A stretch of 64,000 nucleotides of DNA from Hypanus sabinus (Eukaryota), in the NCBI RefSeq assembly GCF_030144855.1, contig NC_082731.1, positions 10,354,001 through 10,418,000 on the forward strand. The letters are read 5' to 3'. How positions within the stretch are numbered: the first letter of the stretch is position 1; each line of letters starts with the position of its first letter. Positions 51,791 to 63,399 of this stretch are shown one piece after another. The notes under the pieces were generated by a model. The model saw only the letters and a program-made list of their open reading frames with translations. It ran no database searches and was not told where the DNA came from. The translations under genes and the position numbers were made by a program.

Positions 51791-52496
51791 AGTTTTTTCC
51801 TTCGACTGCAGTTACCGACTCCGTGTCGTAATTTTAGCGCTGCGTGTAGCACACCGCTACAGTGCAACCAAAAAAGTTGCCCTTCATTATGCAGACCAGA
51901 AACGTGGGCATTATGCAAAGAGTGCCTTCGGACGCACGTTATACGTTTCGACATCTATTTATTGTGTAATGATGCCGAGTGCTCCATAACACAACTTGAT
52001 TACTTGCAGCCTTGTTTGGCAATATTCCTCCTTTTACGTCCGACTACACAACAATTCAGAACATAGCAAAGAAGAATTCATTCTCTGTTTTTAACGCAGA
52101 TGGTGGTTTTTCTTCATGAAAATAATATGTAAAGTTGTGAACAGTGTATTTTAGAGTATTAGTTCATTGAGACGGTTTGAAAAAAATATGCCCAGTCACA
52201 GACCTGACACAACGCGGCACCAGGTGTCAGACGAAATAGCGAACAGTAAAATGCACCAGCTCCTTCACATCTGACATATGATGGATCTGATGCTGATTGG
52301 AAACGTAAAGACCCAACGACCCCATCGACCAATGTTTTTCCTGTAAAAAATAGCTGATAACAAATCTAAAAATTTACAAGGAATATATTAAAACATGTTA
52401 TTTTGTTACTGTACTCTTTTGATCCATTCAGTCGGTTTGACTGTTTGCCTCTCTCAGCCGCTCACTGGATTCTCTCTTCGTGTTCTATCTTTCCAG

Positions 52497-52505
52497 GTGA
52501 AGTAG
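52497..52505 (+). CDS. IgNAR: IgNAR TM2 exon (VK*), followed by 3' UTR
   Basis: Long pyrimidine tract ...ctatctttccag|GTG AAG TAG; phase 0 matches the TM1 donor and gives the canonical KVK cytoplasmic tail; AATAAA at 52843-52848. Confidence 0.8.
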   Translation: MK

Positions 52506-54944
52506 AGAATGTTGAAACAGACGCAGCTGCAGCGTTTATTTTAATGGACCCGAAGCCAAATGATGGCATCCGACGAATGGTGATTGTCCTGATGATGCCC
52601 GTGATGTCGATAGTTATGCCGCTCCATTTCCTGTATCTGCAGAATCTCTTGTTAGATGATAACATCAGACTGCTGCATTTATAATAACCTTAGTACTGTG
52701 TGTGTGAATTTATAATTTTGTTTCTGTTTATCCTATCAGTTTCATTCTGATTTCTGCTATGTCAGTGGCTGGTTTTGGCTAGAATTTCACAAAACAGTTG
52801 CAAAACAATGAAATACAATGTTTATTCCTTTGAATGATGTAAAATAAACTGGCGTGAAATAATTGTCCAGCAGTGAAAGATTGGAATCTACCACAAATGT
52901 GAAAGAGTTAAAAGCACCTTGCAATCTGGTATTCCAATTTCGTGCTTGAACAAAACTATCAGTTTAGTTTGACCTTATGAGCGGGGCCCACCCCTACTAT
53001 CCATATTCACTGGCAAAGAAAACTCAGGAGATGTTTCGAATTGACTCTTCGTAACTTCTCCGTTGCATGCATTTCAAAATAAAGTTTATACGCACTGAGA
53101 AAAGGCTATGGATTAAGTAAACTATAGTTCTCTGTGTCCAGCAATTTAATCAGTTACCTTCCTTTATAAAAGAAACATGAGGTTGGTGTATGCCACGTGC
53201 AAATATTATACTGATATTGCACGAATAACAAAACTTAAAGGAGATCTATTGGATTTTGGAAGTAATTGCATTGTTCCATTTAAGTGATTCTCTCAGACTG
53301 GAATTCTACAAAGGAATATATTGATTACTACTTCTGTTTATGCTTATTGATACTTTGCCACGCTGAGTGCCGCAGTTCCGAATAATTTCCAAAGCTTTTC
53401 TGATTCTAATGCATGGGATGGTGCCCAATCACATAACTTGTATTCAAGACCTCAAATGTAACAAATAAATGAACACTTACCTGACAATCAGTTCCCTCTA
53501 GTGTTCCAACCACCGTCCCATTCTTCTAAGGCATTCTGCCCTCTCCTATCAGATTCCCCCTTCTTCAGCCCTTTATCTCTTTCACCAATCAACTTCCCAG
53601 TTATGTACTCGAATCCTTACCTCTCCCGGTGTCTCCTTTCACCAGCCATTTTGCAGTTCTTCTTTCTCTCCTCTCACCCTCTTATTCTAACTTCTCACCT
53701 TCCTTCCGGGTGCTAATAAATAGTGTTTGACTGAAACACCGACTATTCACTCCTTTCCATAGATGTTGCCTGGCCTACTGAGTTCTGAGTTTTGTGTGCG
53801 TTGCAACCAAATGAACATGCTGTGCTCCAAAGTAGAACCAGCTTTACTTTTTCCTACATGAGTACTAAATACTTCACAGGATTGTGAAGAAGTTGTTCAT
53901 TGCAGAAAACTTTGAATATTAATGTATATACAATACAGATTGTATTCTACAAACCTTTAGAATAAATACACGAGATGTACGCGTGCTTTTGTAGAGCGTG
54001 AACGTTTGATGGAATACACGCAAAATCTTTTCTGGTTCTAGATATTACATGATGGAAGACTGAGATCACTGAATTTCCGTGCAAATGTTACGGCCAAGGT
54101 ATACACCTGCCACGATCCTTAATGCGTGTATTGGTAAGCATATAATTACACTATCAGAGAGAATGGCAATAGAAAGAATCCTACCATGTTCTCGGCCATA
54201 AACAAAAGCTGCCCTGTTGATCTTCCATCGCAGTCAGCAATCACGGAGTGGCCAGAATTGTGGCATTCACTGAGGGCAGAAAACTGCATTACCACAGCTC
54301 GGACGGCACCTGACTGCTCACATTGGAAGAACAGTGTAGCTGTAAATGTATGCATTACTCGGTTCCTCATTTACACTGGTAGTCCAATTTGTTTTTGAAA
54401 TTTTCCGCATTTCTAACGGAAATAAGGCTGCCTTGAGATTCATCAATTAATTATCCGTGAGAGGAGACACTGTGCGGGGCCTTGATATGTAGCAATCAGA
54501 ACACTCGATAGAGAACACGTACTCTCGCCAAAGCAACGGGAGTCAGGATCACAATCTTTCATCCTCACAGGAATCCAAAATCTGATATTACTGGCCGTCA
54601 AGGCAAAAGTTACGTCCAGTCATCGAGACCATAAAATCACGAGGGAAAGAAATGATCTCCTCAAAAAATTAATGCTCATCGCAGTTTTGACTGATACTAT
54701 TTGTTTCTTATTTGTGACATATTAGTGTCAGAATGCCAAACAACAGATTTCTGTAAAATGCCAATTGACCGCTTTTTTTAACAACTGAAAATTCCGGTCT
54801 AAAATACCTATGCCTACGAATACTTTTTTCAAAAATACTGTATCTATTTCAATGCTACACTGACTACTGATAAAAACGAACCACAATGCTAATTAAATCC
54901 GCATGATGAGTAAAGGAAATAATTCTACGTTAATAATTTAAATC

Positions 54945-55035
54945 AAAACACAAAATGCTGGCAGAACTCAGCAGGACAGACAGCATCTATGGCAGGAGAT
55001 ACCGACGACGTTTCGGGCCGAAACCCTTCATCAGG
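54945..55035 (+). repeat. Half Penelope-like terminal repeat with an antisense hammerhead core
   Basis: acacaaaatgctggcagaactcagcagg...gacgtttcgggccgaaacccttcatcagg. Confidence 0.8.
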
Positions 55036-55379
55036 AGAGATTTAAATCACGATGTTTGCATATCGTTGTCGATGAAATGTAATCAGTAGTCTTCCAAACA
55101 AATGCTTTAAATGTATCAGAACATCTAAATAAATTTTAACCATACTTAAATTAAAGTGAACGAGCGGCACTTCGGAACTAATTAATGGAAATAACGCAGG
55201 GGCACCCTTTGAGAGAAGGTAGTGCAGTCTGATGTGATGTCCTTTGGAAATTAAAGAAGAAAAACTCAATTTATTAAAGAAAAAAGACGCGTAGCAAGAC
55301 AAATACAGCTCCTCCTCGTTTAACGAAGGACACTTGATGACAACATTTCTGGTTAATCTGCCACACTTCAAGAATACTC

Positions 55380-55770
55380 TAACGTTTTAATTTCTACTCT
55401 GTTTCTTCTTATCTCCTCCTTCTCTTCCTATTTTTATCATTCTGGAGACGCGCAGCCCTTTCATCCTTCGTCTCTTCATCTCTTCTACCATTTGTTCTTT
55501 CTCTCTGATCCTGGATTCGTACGGCCCGGCCTGACCGATTCTTGATCTCTCCTCCTTCTGTGCCTATTGTTGTCATTTTGCCGACGTGCATACCTCTCCT
55601 CCTCTGTCTCTTCTTCTCTCATCTTTTTTGTCCTGACTTTTTGATCCTGGAGTCATGCGGCCCTGGCTTGAGTCTTGTTCCCTCCCTCTCCTTGCGCTTC
55701 CCGACGACGTTTGTCGTCATCTCTTGACCATAATGTCTCCCTTCTCTTTCCACGCGGCATAATTAGGCTG
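55380..55770 (-). mobile_element. Helitron-like RepHel N-terminal repeat remnant
   Basis: Manual translation MPRGKRRETLWSRDDDKRRRE...REEETEEERYARRQNDNNRHRRRR...RDEETKDERAARLQNDKNRKRRRR (a stop and a frameshift); no Rep or helicase domain present. Confidence 0.4.
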
Positions 55771-56094
55771 TCCATATTTTTTATCCTCATGCATGATAGA
55801 AGATACGAAGCAGCAACACCAACGCCTCCAGGATGCTGATTTTACTTGATGGTGTGGTTGGCGCTCTCCTAAATGGATGTGATTGCCCTGCCCTTTTGCT
55901 GCGGTCTGTGTCGCTGCTGTGAGCATCGTGAAGTTGGCAGTGAACACGGCTAAGGTTGGCCGTGCGCATGCGTCGCGGTGTCGCGTCCCGGATTCCAGTA
56001 AAGCTGGAATCTGCTCGGGTTGACGAGTGAATAATTTTATACGAATATGTAACCCTGGACTTTGCATGCATCTGTAAGTTAAGTCGACTTAGTC

Positions 56095-57023
56095 AAAAAA
56101 GTGCCGCAGTAATGCACCGTTTGGGCTTATTGGAGCTCACAAACAAACAGAGCAAGATAATTTTAGTAGCATATAGATATAAACTGCTGTTGCGATGCGC
56201 TTCGTAATATACTATTTTATATTTGAAGACATTAATCAAAATGATGGCTTTCTCATTGAATCTATTATCAAATACTGCTGTATGAAAGTCAGGGTTAAAA
56301 TAATTTCTGCCACAAAAACATAACATGAGCGAATGAAGTGAAGTTTAAAAAGTCCGTGCAATGGTTCATACTTTCGGTCAGAACAAGATGCGGTGGAATT
56401 TTTGTCACGAAACTTTGATGGATTTCTGTGGGGGATATCGCGCCTCACGAGCATGTTTGAAGGTTATGACAAAATGATGAAGGTAAAAAAGTGCATGTGT
56501 TGTATATGGATTTTAGAAATGTATTTGACAAGATTCCTCACTGTTTCTGTCCTTTTAGTGCTTTTTGTCACTGTTAGCTGGTCAGAAGTAAGCAGGAAAA
56601 CAATTCGCAAATGCTTTGCTCACTGCGGTTTCAAAAATTCAGCCATGGAGAGGGCTGGGAGTGAAAATGAAACGATTTGACTAATTCAACAAATCGAAAA
56701 TACGACGAATTTGAAGATTTCGACAATGATCTTGAATGCTTTGAGCATGCTATCGTCGAGGTGCCTGCGGTATTATGTTCACAGTAACTCAAGTGTACAG
56801 GGCAGCATACACTTTGATGAACTCCTACGATTATATCCATTAGGAAATAAAATTTTATAGTACTGTTGTAGTATTAATAATGCTCTAATTTGTTATGTAT
56901 TCCATTTAAATAATATGTTACTCATTTAAGCCGTAGTTTGTCTTTTCTTATATGTTTTAATGTCCACTCAATTGGACCGAACTGTACTCGTCCCGAAATG
57001 TCCAAAATAAGCGGAATCTACTG
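56095..57023 (+). mobile_element. Tigger/pogo-like DNA transposon remnant
   Basis: VSWSEVSRKTIRKCFAHCGFK (pogo DDE C-terminal W..V....I..CF..CGF); right-end TIR-like sequence ending gcggaatctactg; left end not seen. Confidence 0.65.
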
Positions 57024-57199
57024 TCCACGTAAGTAAATGAAGGGTTATGGACTTGATCGTGCAGAAGATTTATATAGATCGGCACAACATTTGGGCCAAG
57101 GGCTGCACAATATGTGTCCATGTTCTACGTTCAGTGTGCTGCTCAGAATCGGAATCAATTTATACTGAAACTCATCAGGAGATATTTACATAAACTAGA

Positions 57200-59370
57200 G
57201 CAATGGGTAGTTTTTTTTTTAACAGATAGCGGCCATGTTAAGAAACCTTAACGTTCTGTGCAGGAATTCGAGTGTCTCGACATTTAAAAGAACTTGCGTG
57301 TGGGAATTGGCATGAATTTTTTGCAGGTAATTGTACTGTGGACATGTGGTCGATGTTTAAGGATCTCTTGAAGGATGTTAGGTATATATTTGTCCCGGTG
57401 AGGAAGATAAAGAATGGTAGGGTGAAGGAAGCATGGGTGACAAGTGAAGTGGAAAATCTAGTCAGGTGGAAGAAGGCAGCAGACGTAAGGTTTAGGAAGC
57501 AAAGATCAGATGGGTCTATTGAGGAATATAGGGTAGTAAGAAAAGAGATTAAGAAGGGGCTGAGAAGAACAATAAGGGAGCATGAGAAGGCCTTGGCGAG
57601 TAGGGTAAAGGAAAACCCCAAGGCAGTCTTCTATTATGTGAAGGACAAAAGGATGACAGGAGTGCAGGTAGGACCGATTAGACATAAAAGAGGGAAGATG
57701 TGCCTGGAGGCTGTGGAAGTGAGCGAGGTCCTCAATGAATACTTCTCTTCGATATTCACCACTGAGAGGGAACTTGATGACGGTGAGTACAATGTGAGTG
57801 AGGTTGATGTTGATATGTTGGAGCAGGTTGATATCAAGGGAGAGGAGGTGTTGGAGTTGTTAAAATACATTAGAAAGGTTAAGTCCCAGGGCCTGACGGA
57901 ATATTCCCCAGGCTGCTCGACCAGGCAAGGTAAGAATTGCTGAACCTCTGGCTAGGATCTTTGTGTCCTCATTGTCCACGGTAATGGTACTGGAGGATTG
58001 GAGCGATACAAATGTTGTCCTCTTGTTCAAAAAAGGTAGTAAGGATAGTCCGGGTAATTATAGACCAGTGAGCCTTACGACTGTGGTGGGAAAGCTGTTG
58101 GAAAAGATTCTTAGAGATAAGAACACTGGGCATTTAGAGAATCATGGACTGATCAGTCAGCATGGCTTTGTGAAGGGCAGATCGTGCCTAACAAGCCTGA
58201 TAGAGTTCTTTGAGGAGGTGACCAGGCAAATAGATGAGGGTACTGCAGTGGATGTGATCTACATGGATTTTTGTAAGGCATTTGACAAGATTCCACACGG
58301 TAGGCTTATTCAGAATGTCAGAAGGCATGGGATCCAGGGAAGTTTGACCAGGTGGATTCAGAATTGGCTTGCCTGCAGAAGCCAGAGGGTCGTGGTGGAG
58401 GGAGTACATTCAGATTGGAGGGTTGTGACCAGTGGTCACCTGGATGTAGGGGTAGAAGGATGGGTTGGCAAGTTTGCAGACGACACAAGGTTTGGTGGTG
58501 TTGTAGATAGTGTAGAGGATTGTCGAAGATTGCAGAGAGACATTGATAGGATGCAGAAGTGGGCTGAGAAGAGGCAGATGGAGTTCAACCCGGAGAAGTG
58601 TGAGGTGGTACACTTTGGAAGGACAAACTCCAAGGTAGAGTACAAAGTAAATGGTAGGATATTTGGTAGTGTGGAGGAGAAGAGGGATCTTGGGGTACAT
58701 GTCCACAGATCCCTGAAAGTTGCCTCATAGGTAGATAGGGTAGTTACGAGAGCCTATGGAGTGTTAGCTTTCATAAGACGAGGGATAGAGTTTAAGAGAC
58801 GCGATGTAATGATGTAGCTCTATAAAACACTAGTCAGACCACACTTGGAGTACTGTGTCCAGTTCTGGTCGCCTCAGTATAGGAAGGATGTGGAAGCATT
58901 GGAAAGAGTACAGAGGAGATTTACCAGGATGCTGCCTGGTTTAGAGAGAATAGATTATGATCAGAGATTAAGGGAGCTTGGGCTTTACTCTTTGGAAAGA
59001 AGGAGGATGAGAGGAGACATGATAGAGGTGTACAAGATATTAAGAGGAACAGGCAGAGTGGTGAGCCAGCGCCTGTGCCCCAGGGCACCACTGTTCAGTA
59101 CAAGAGGACATGGCTTTAAGGTAAGAGGAGGGAAGTTCAAGAGGGACATTAGAGGAAGGTTTTTCACTCAGAGAGTGGTTGGTGCGTGGAATGCACTGCC
59201 TGAGTCAGTGACGGAGGCAGATACACTAGTGAAGTTTAAGAGACTTCTAGACAAGTATATGGAGGAATTTAAGGTAGGGTGTTATACGGGAGGCTGGGTT
59301 TGAGGGACGGCACAACATTGTGGGTCCAAGGGCCTGTAATGTGCTGTACTATTCTATGTTCTGTGTTCAG
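57200..59370 (+). mobile_element. 5'-truncated CR1 LINE (~2.1 kb ORF2 plus 3' UTR), frameshifted
   Basis: ORFs 57272-57943, 57963-58730 and 58845-59303: YRPVSLTTVVGKLLE, YMDFCKAFDKIPH, GKFADDT, YCVQFWSP; the GVPQGS block is deleted. Confidence 0.93.
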
Positions 59371-60774
59371 AAAGGTAATTCTAACGTGACGAAGCATGGG
59401 GATGATCACTGGGAGATTATTGGGTTTGGGAACGTGGTTTGGAGATTGACAGAGTCAGAGTTTACAGAGATAGGAAGGGTAAGATCGGAAAGAAATTTGA
59501 GAAGAGAGACGAGAATTTTAAATCTGACTGGGTTTCCAGGATAGGACGAGTGATGTGGTAAATGTTCTGGAATGGGTCCGGTGAGCTTAAGGGTGATGCG
59601 CAGCAGAAACGTGGTGTTTTCGTGGTTATGGAAGGCAGATGAAGGAACATAAATGTAATATTTGTTTTCCAACAGTGCCGCCATTATGTACAAAACCTAT
59701 AGGTCGTTCTTTCAACGTTCTCCTTTCAAGGGCATGCTGGGTGACAATGTTGGAAGCAATGTTATAGGTCCATGCTAACCAGTGAGTACATGTCCGTATT
59801 AATCACACCTTCCAGCACTCGGTTCAGAGCTCCAGAGGTCATTCCTGTGCTCCTCCAGATACATTTTAAATGCTGTCAACGACTCTGTTTCACCGCTCCA
59901 TTTGGACACTGAATTCTAGGTAATCGACATTTCCTTGGAGGAAAAATCTCTCCAATTCCCTCGAAACCCTTTTACCCTTTTACATCCTTTATCTTAAAAA
60001 TGTTTTTTTTTTAATTTTATATGCCTCCAATGTAGAGACAATTTAACCACTAACCAATGCCAACAGCTCCGTTACCACCACACACACACACACAACAAAT
60101 CAGAGACGGGGACTTCATTCAAGCTTATTTATCCAGAAGCCCTGGATAAACCATGAGATCCGCCATCTGCTGAGGGCAAGATCAGTGGCATTCCGGTCTA
60201 GCGACCATTGTAAGGTACAAAAGGCTCACATAAGATCTCCGGAAAGTCATCTCACGGCAAAACGTGGCAATTCCGGGCAAAATTTGAACCACGGAAGGTT
60301 GCTGGACCGCTGTGGCAAGGATTTAATGTCATCTCCTCTTACAAAGCGAAAACACGCGACCTGGGTTATAACAACGCTGTCAGGATGCTGGAACAGGGAT
60401 TCAATCGCAGACCCAATACTGTGCACACAGTGATATGAATCGAGTAACACATCCTGAGGAGCAAACAAAGTCGGCGTCGAAGTTCAGGCAGAGATGAAAA
60501 CATCCAGAGAAATCCAAAAACCAGAGTCGGGGAAACAGACAGAGTCATTAAGACGGATAGAGTACAGATAGGAATATTGAAAGGCTCAGGAAAATTCACT
60601 GGCACAATCTGACAACAAACAGTTTAAAACACAGGACTGAAACACACTGAGCAACAGACAGAAAGGCAGATGAGGTGGAGCACAATGAGACGGAAGTGAC
60701 AACGAGATAAGAAGGTAAGAAGCTTTATTCAATATGGACTGTTCCTTTAAAAGGAGTGTGCTGAATGAGAGAAA

Positions 60775-60776
<2 letters not shown>

Positions 60777-60825
<49 letters not shown>
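60777..60825. repeat. (GA)n microsatellite
   Basis: Direct read. Confidence 0.95.
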
Positions 60826-60827
<2 letters not shown>

Positions 60828-61113
60828 ACGAACAGCTCATGAGTTGCCATGGTTACGGCAGGACGGAGCCATATGATGTACAGCTGGTGTTTAGCTGCTG
60901 TGTAATATATACAAGATCAACTGGCTTTGTAGTCAGTCACACAAGCCACACGGAAGACACGCAGAAATACAGAGACACGGACACTGGGTTAGTTTTGTGT
61001 GCCCACGTAAAGGGTGGGTTTTGCTCATAATGTGGAAAAGGGGTGACCGGTGAAAAGCTATCGGAGTGTTTAACCCCTGCCTGGATTGATATCTTTACCA
61101 CGTGATTCGACGG

Positions 61114-61268
61114 NNNNNNNNNNNNNNNNNNNNNNNNNNNNNNNNNNNNNNNNNNNNNNNNNNNNNNNNNNNNNNNNNNNNNNNNNNNNNNNNNNNNNNN
61201 NNNNNNNNNNNNNNNNNNNNNNNNNNNNNNNNNNNNNNNNNNNNNNNNNNNNNNNNNNNNNNNNNNNN
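61114..61268. other. Assembly gap (155 N)
   Basis: Run of N. Confidence 0.99.
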
Positions 61269-61799
61269 CTACTCAACTCAATATTACGAACTGAACTGAC
61301 TTCATACCTGTTCCATCGAAACACTGAATCATTTACCACCTGAGCTTGGAGAAGTTTGGGAACTTTATTTACTCAATTATATATGAATAATCTCTGCTAA
61401 CCTGTTTGCCTTATCTTGTTTTATATTATTATTTTACGTAGATACTAATAAAATAGAGTTTGCAACAGAAGACTCAGACTCCAGGTGTGTTCCATTTCTG
61501 CTGCTCCTTTTAACCGGTTACGGGGTACGTAACACAGCAAAACAGGTAATTATGAGAAAGAGGTAAGAGGCGGAGTACTCAGTGAAACAGAGGCAGGAGT
61601 AGAGTAGGAGCGGGGAAAGGAGCACATGGGGCATGAAAACAAACAAGAGCACATGGCAATACAGACCCACAGACTGAAGGCGAGGGGGAAAACACAAAAA
61701 AAGGCAAAGTTCAACTGGTGTTACTGACAAAAGATTAGTTCCCAGAGCGACTGAATGCCTTCTATGTTCGCTTTGACCATCAAAATATGGATGAACCTT

Positions 61800-62587
61800 C
61801 ATGAACTCTCACAGACCACAGATTGAGTACCTGGCTGAGTATTAAAAATATGTACTGATCATGGCTGATGTGTTCACCGATAATTTTAAATTCTCACTTC
61901 GGTAGTATGACGTGCCGCCGCTTGTTTTTAGTTTGAGAAGATTCGCCATGTCATCTGAAACTTTAACAAACTCTGTAGATGTGTGGCGGAAAGAATATGG
62001 ACTGGTTGCATCACGACCTGGTACGGAAACAGCAACGTACTTTAACGGTAAGCCCTGCGAAAGGTAATGGATATGACCCAGTCTATCAAGGGTAAAACTC
62101 TCCCCACCATAGAGCACATCTACACGGAACACTCTCACTAGAAGGCAGCATCCATTATCAAGGACCCCCATCAGCCGGGCTATGCTCTCGTCTCGCTGCC
62201 GCCCTCAGGAAGAAGGTAAAGGGGCCTCGGTAAACTCGCCAACAGGTTCACGAACAGTTACTGTCCATCAGCCATCAGGCTGTTGAACCATTTGGTATAG
62301 CTTCACTCACCCCATCACTGAACCGTTCCCACACCCCAATGATTCACTTTCAAGGACTTATCATTATCATTATAATTTCTTTATTTCTCTCTTTTTTATT
62401 TGCATAGATTGGTCCATTTTGAACATTGGTTGGCTGTTCGTCCTGTCGGGTACAATCTTTTATTGATTCTGCTGTTTCTTAGGTTTACTGAGAATGCCCA
62501 GAATGCCCAGAAGGAATCTCAGAGTTGTATATGCCGATATATGTTTTTATATAATAAATTTACTTTGAAACCTGGACTTTGTAATTT
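61800..62587 (+). mobile_element. Rex1/Babar LINE 3' fragment
   Basis: ggcagcatccattatcaaggacccccatcagccgggctatgctctc...ggaagaagg...aggttcacgaacagttact...ccatcaggctgttgaac. Confidence 0.75.
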
Positions 62588-62800
62588 ATTTGCATAGATT
62601 TGCATAGATTATTTGCATAGATTGGTCCATTTTGAACATTGGTTGGCTGTTCGTCCTGTCGGGTACAATCTTTTATTGATTCTGCTGTTTCTTAGGTTTA
62701 CTGAGAATGCCCAGAATGCCCAGAAGGAATCTCAGAGTTGTATATGCCGATATATGTTTTTATATAATAAATTTACTTTGAAACCTGGACTTTGTAATTT
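62398..62800 (+). repeat. Exact 190-bp direct duplication (62398-62587 and 62611-62800)
   Basis: Identical ORF starts at 62400 and 62613; the junction holds short atttgcatagatt repeats. Confidence 0.92.
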
Positions 62801-63399
62801 AACACTAACTCCTAATGAACAGTCATGCCATTCACATTATTGAAAACACAAAGGTTCCCAGTACCAATCCCTCTGGAACAACAATTAGCACCTTCTAAAA
62901 ATCTGAGCGCAACACTGATCGCCAGAGGAAGTCATTCCGCCTGTGGCCATCAAATTTTACAACTCCTCCCTCGGAGTGTCAGACACCCCGAGCCAATAGG
63001 CTGGTCCTGGACTTATTTCGATTTTGCATAATTTACTTACAATTTTTTAATTATTTATAGTTTTGTATTGCTATATTTCTACACTTTTCTTGGTTGGTGC
63101 GACTGTAACGAAACCCAATTTCCCTCGGGATCAATAAAGTGTGTCTGTGTGTCTGTCTGTCTGTCTGTCAAATCACAGAAAACCCCTTCTGAGATCACCC
63201 GAAACCCCCATTTTAACACCATTCCCTGAATCAAATAGGACTTAACATTTTAGATTACATTCCTAAAATAGACCTTTTACTGGCCTTACTGACGTCAATG
63301 TCAAGCATATTTATGATGGTACCTCACCCATTGGAGCTAGAGTTGAATGTAATCAAGACCATTCTGGATGCTGAAGATATTACAGACGACACTTTAAAG

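Larger units (their letters stand above)
47691..51861 (+). mobile_element. Full-length Ty3/Gypsy LTR retrotransposon (4171 bp)
   Basis: 203-bp LTRs 47691-47893 and 51659-51861 (TG...CA, 4 mismatches); TSD GTGC; PBS TGGTGACCCCGAC 47896-47908 (complementary to the tRNA-Trp 3' end); G-run PPT ~51642-51653. Confidence 0.97.
21830..52848 (+). pseudogene. IgNAR: IgNAR heavy-chain gene cluster (L-V-D-D-J-C1-C2-C3-C4-C5/Sec-TM1-TM2), pseudogenised
   Basis: Five C1-set exons in the order and with the signatures of nurse-shark IgNAR C1-C5 (HSATSSN.RK.IR; LLRDPTVEEIW; LLPPSPEE; xCR..KPxFEEIW; HPK.YLL..S..EI..GxP..VNVSVVL), all in phase 1. J lacks the Trp of WGxG. RSSs are 12/23-compatible. Lesions in leader, V, C1, C3 and C5. 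Confidence 0.92.
60070..61534 (+). mobile_element. Possible LTR-like element spanning the gap
   Basis: Ends ...ggttacggggtacgtaaca with an upstream aataaa; contains (CA)n and (GA)n; 5' end and TSD not established. Confidence 0.3.

Noticed and set aside
52403-52684. Hydrophobic 93-aa ORF as a separate membrane protein or Ig exon
   Set aside because: The region is better explained as the TM2 acceptor, VK* in another frame, and 3' UTR.
54468-54474. CACTGTG heptamer suggesting a second cluster
   Set aside because: No nonamer at 12 or 23 spacing, and no V or J coding sequence around it.
61070-61343. ORFs with X runs
   Set aside because: Artefacts of the N gap.
62588-62623. Short repeated tgcatagatt units as a CRISPR-like array
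   Set aside because: No unique spacers, eukaryotic context; slippage at a duplication junction.
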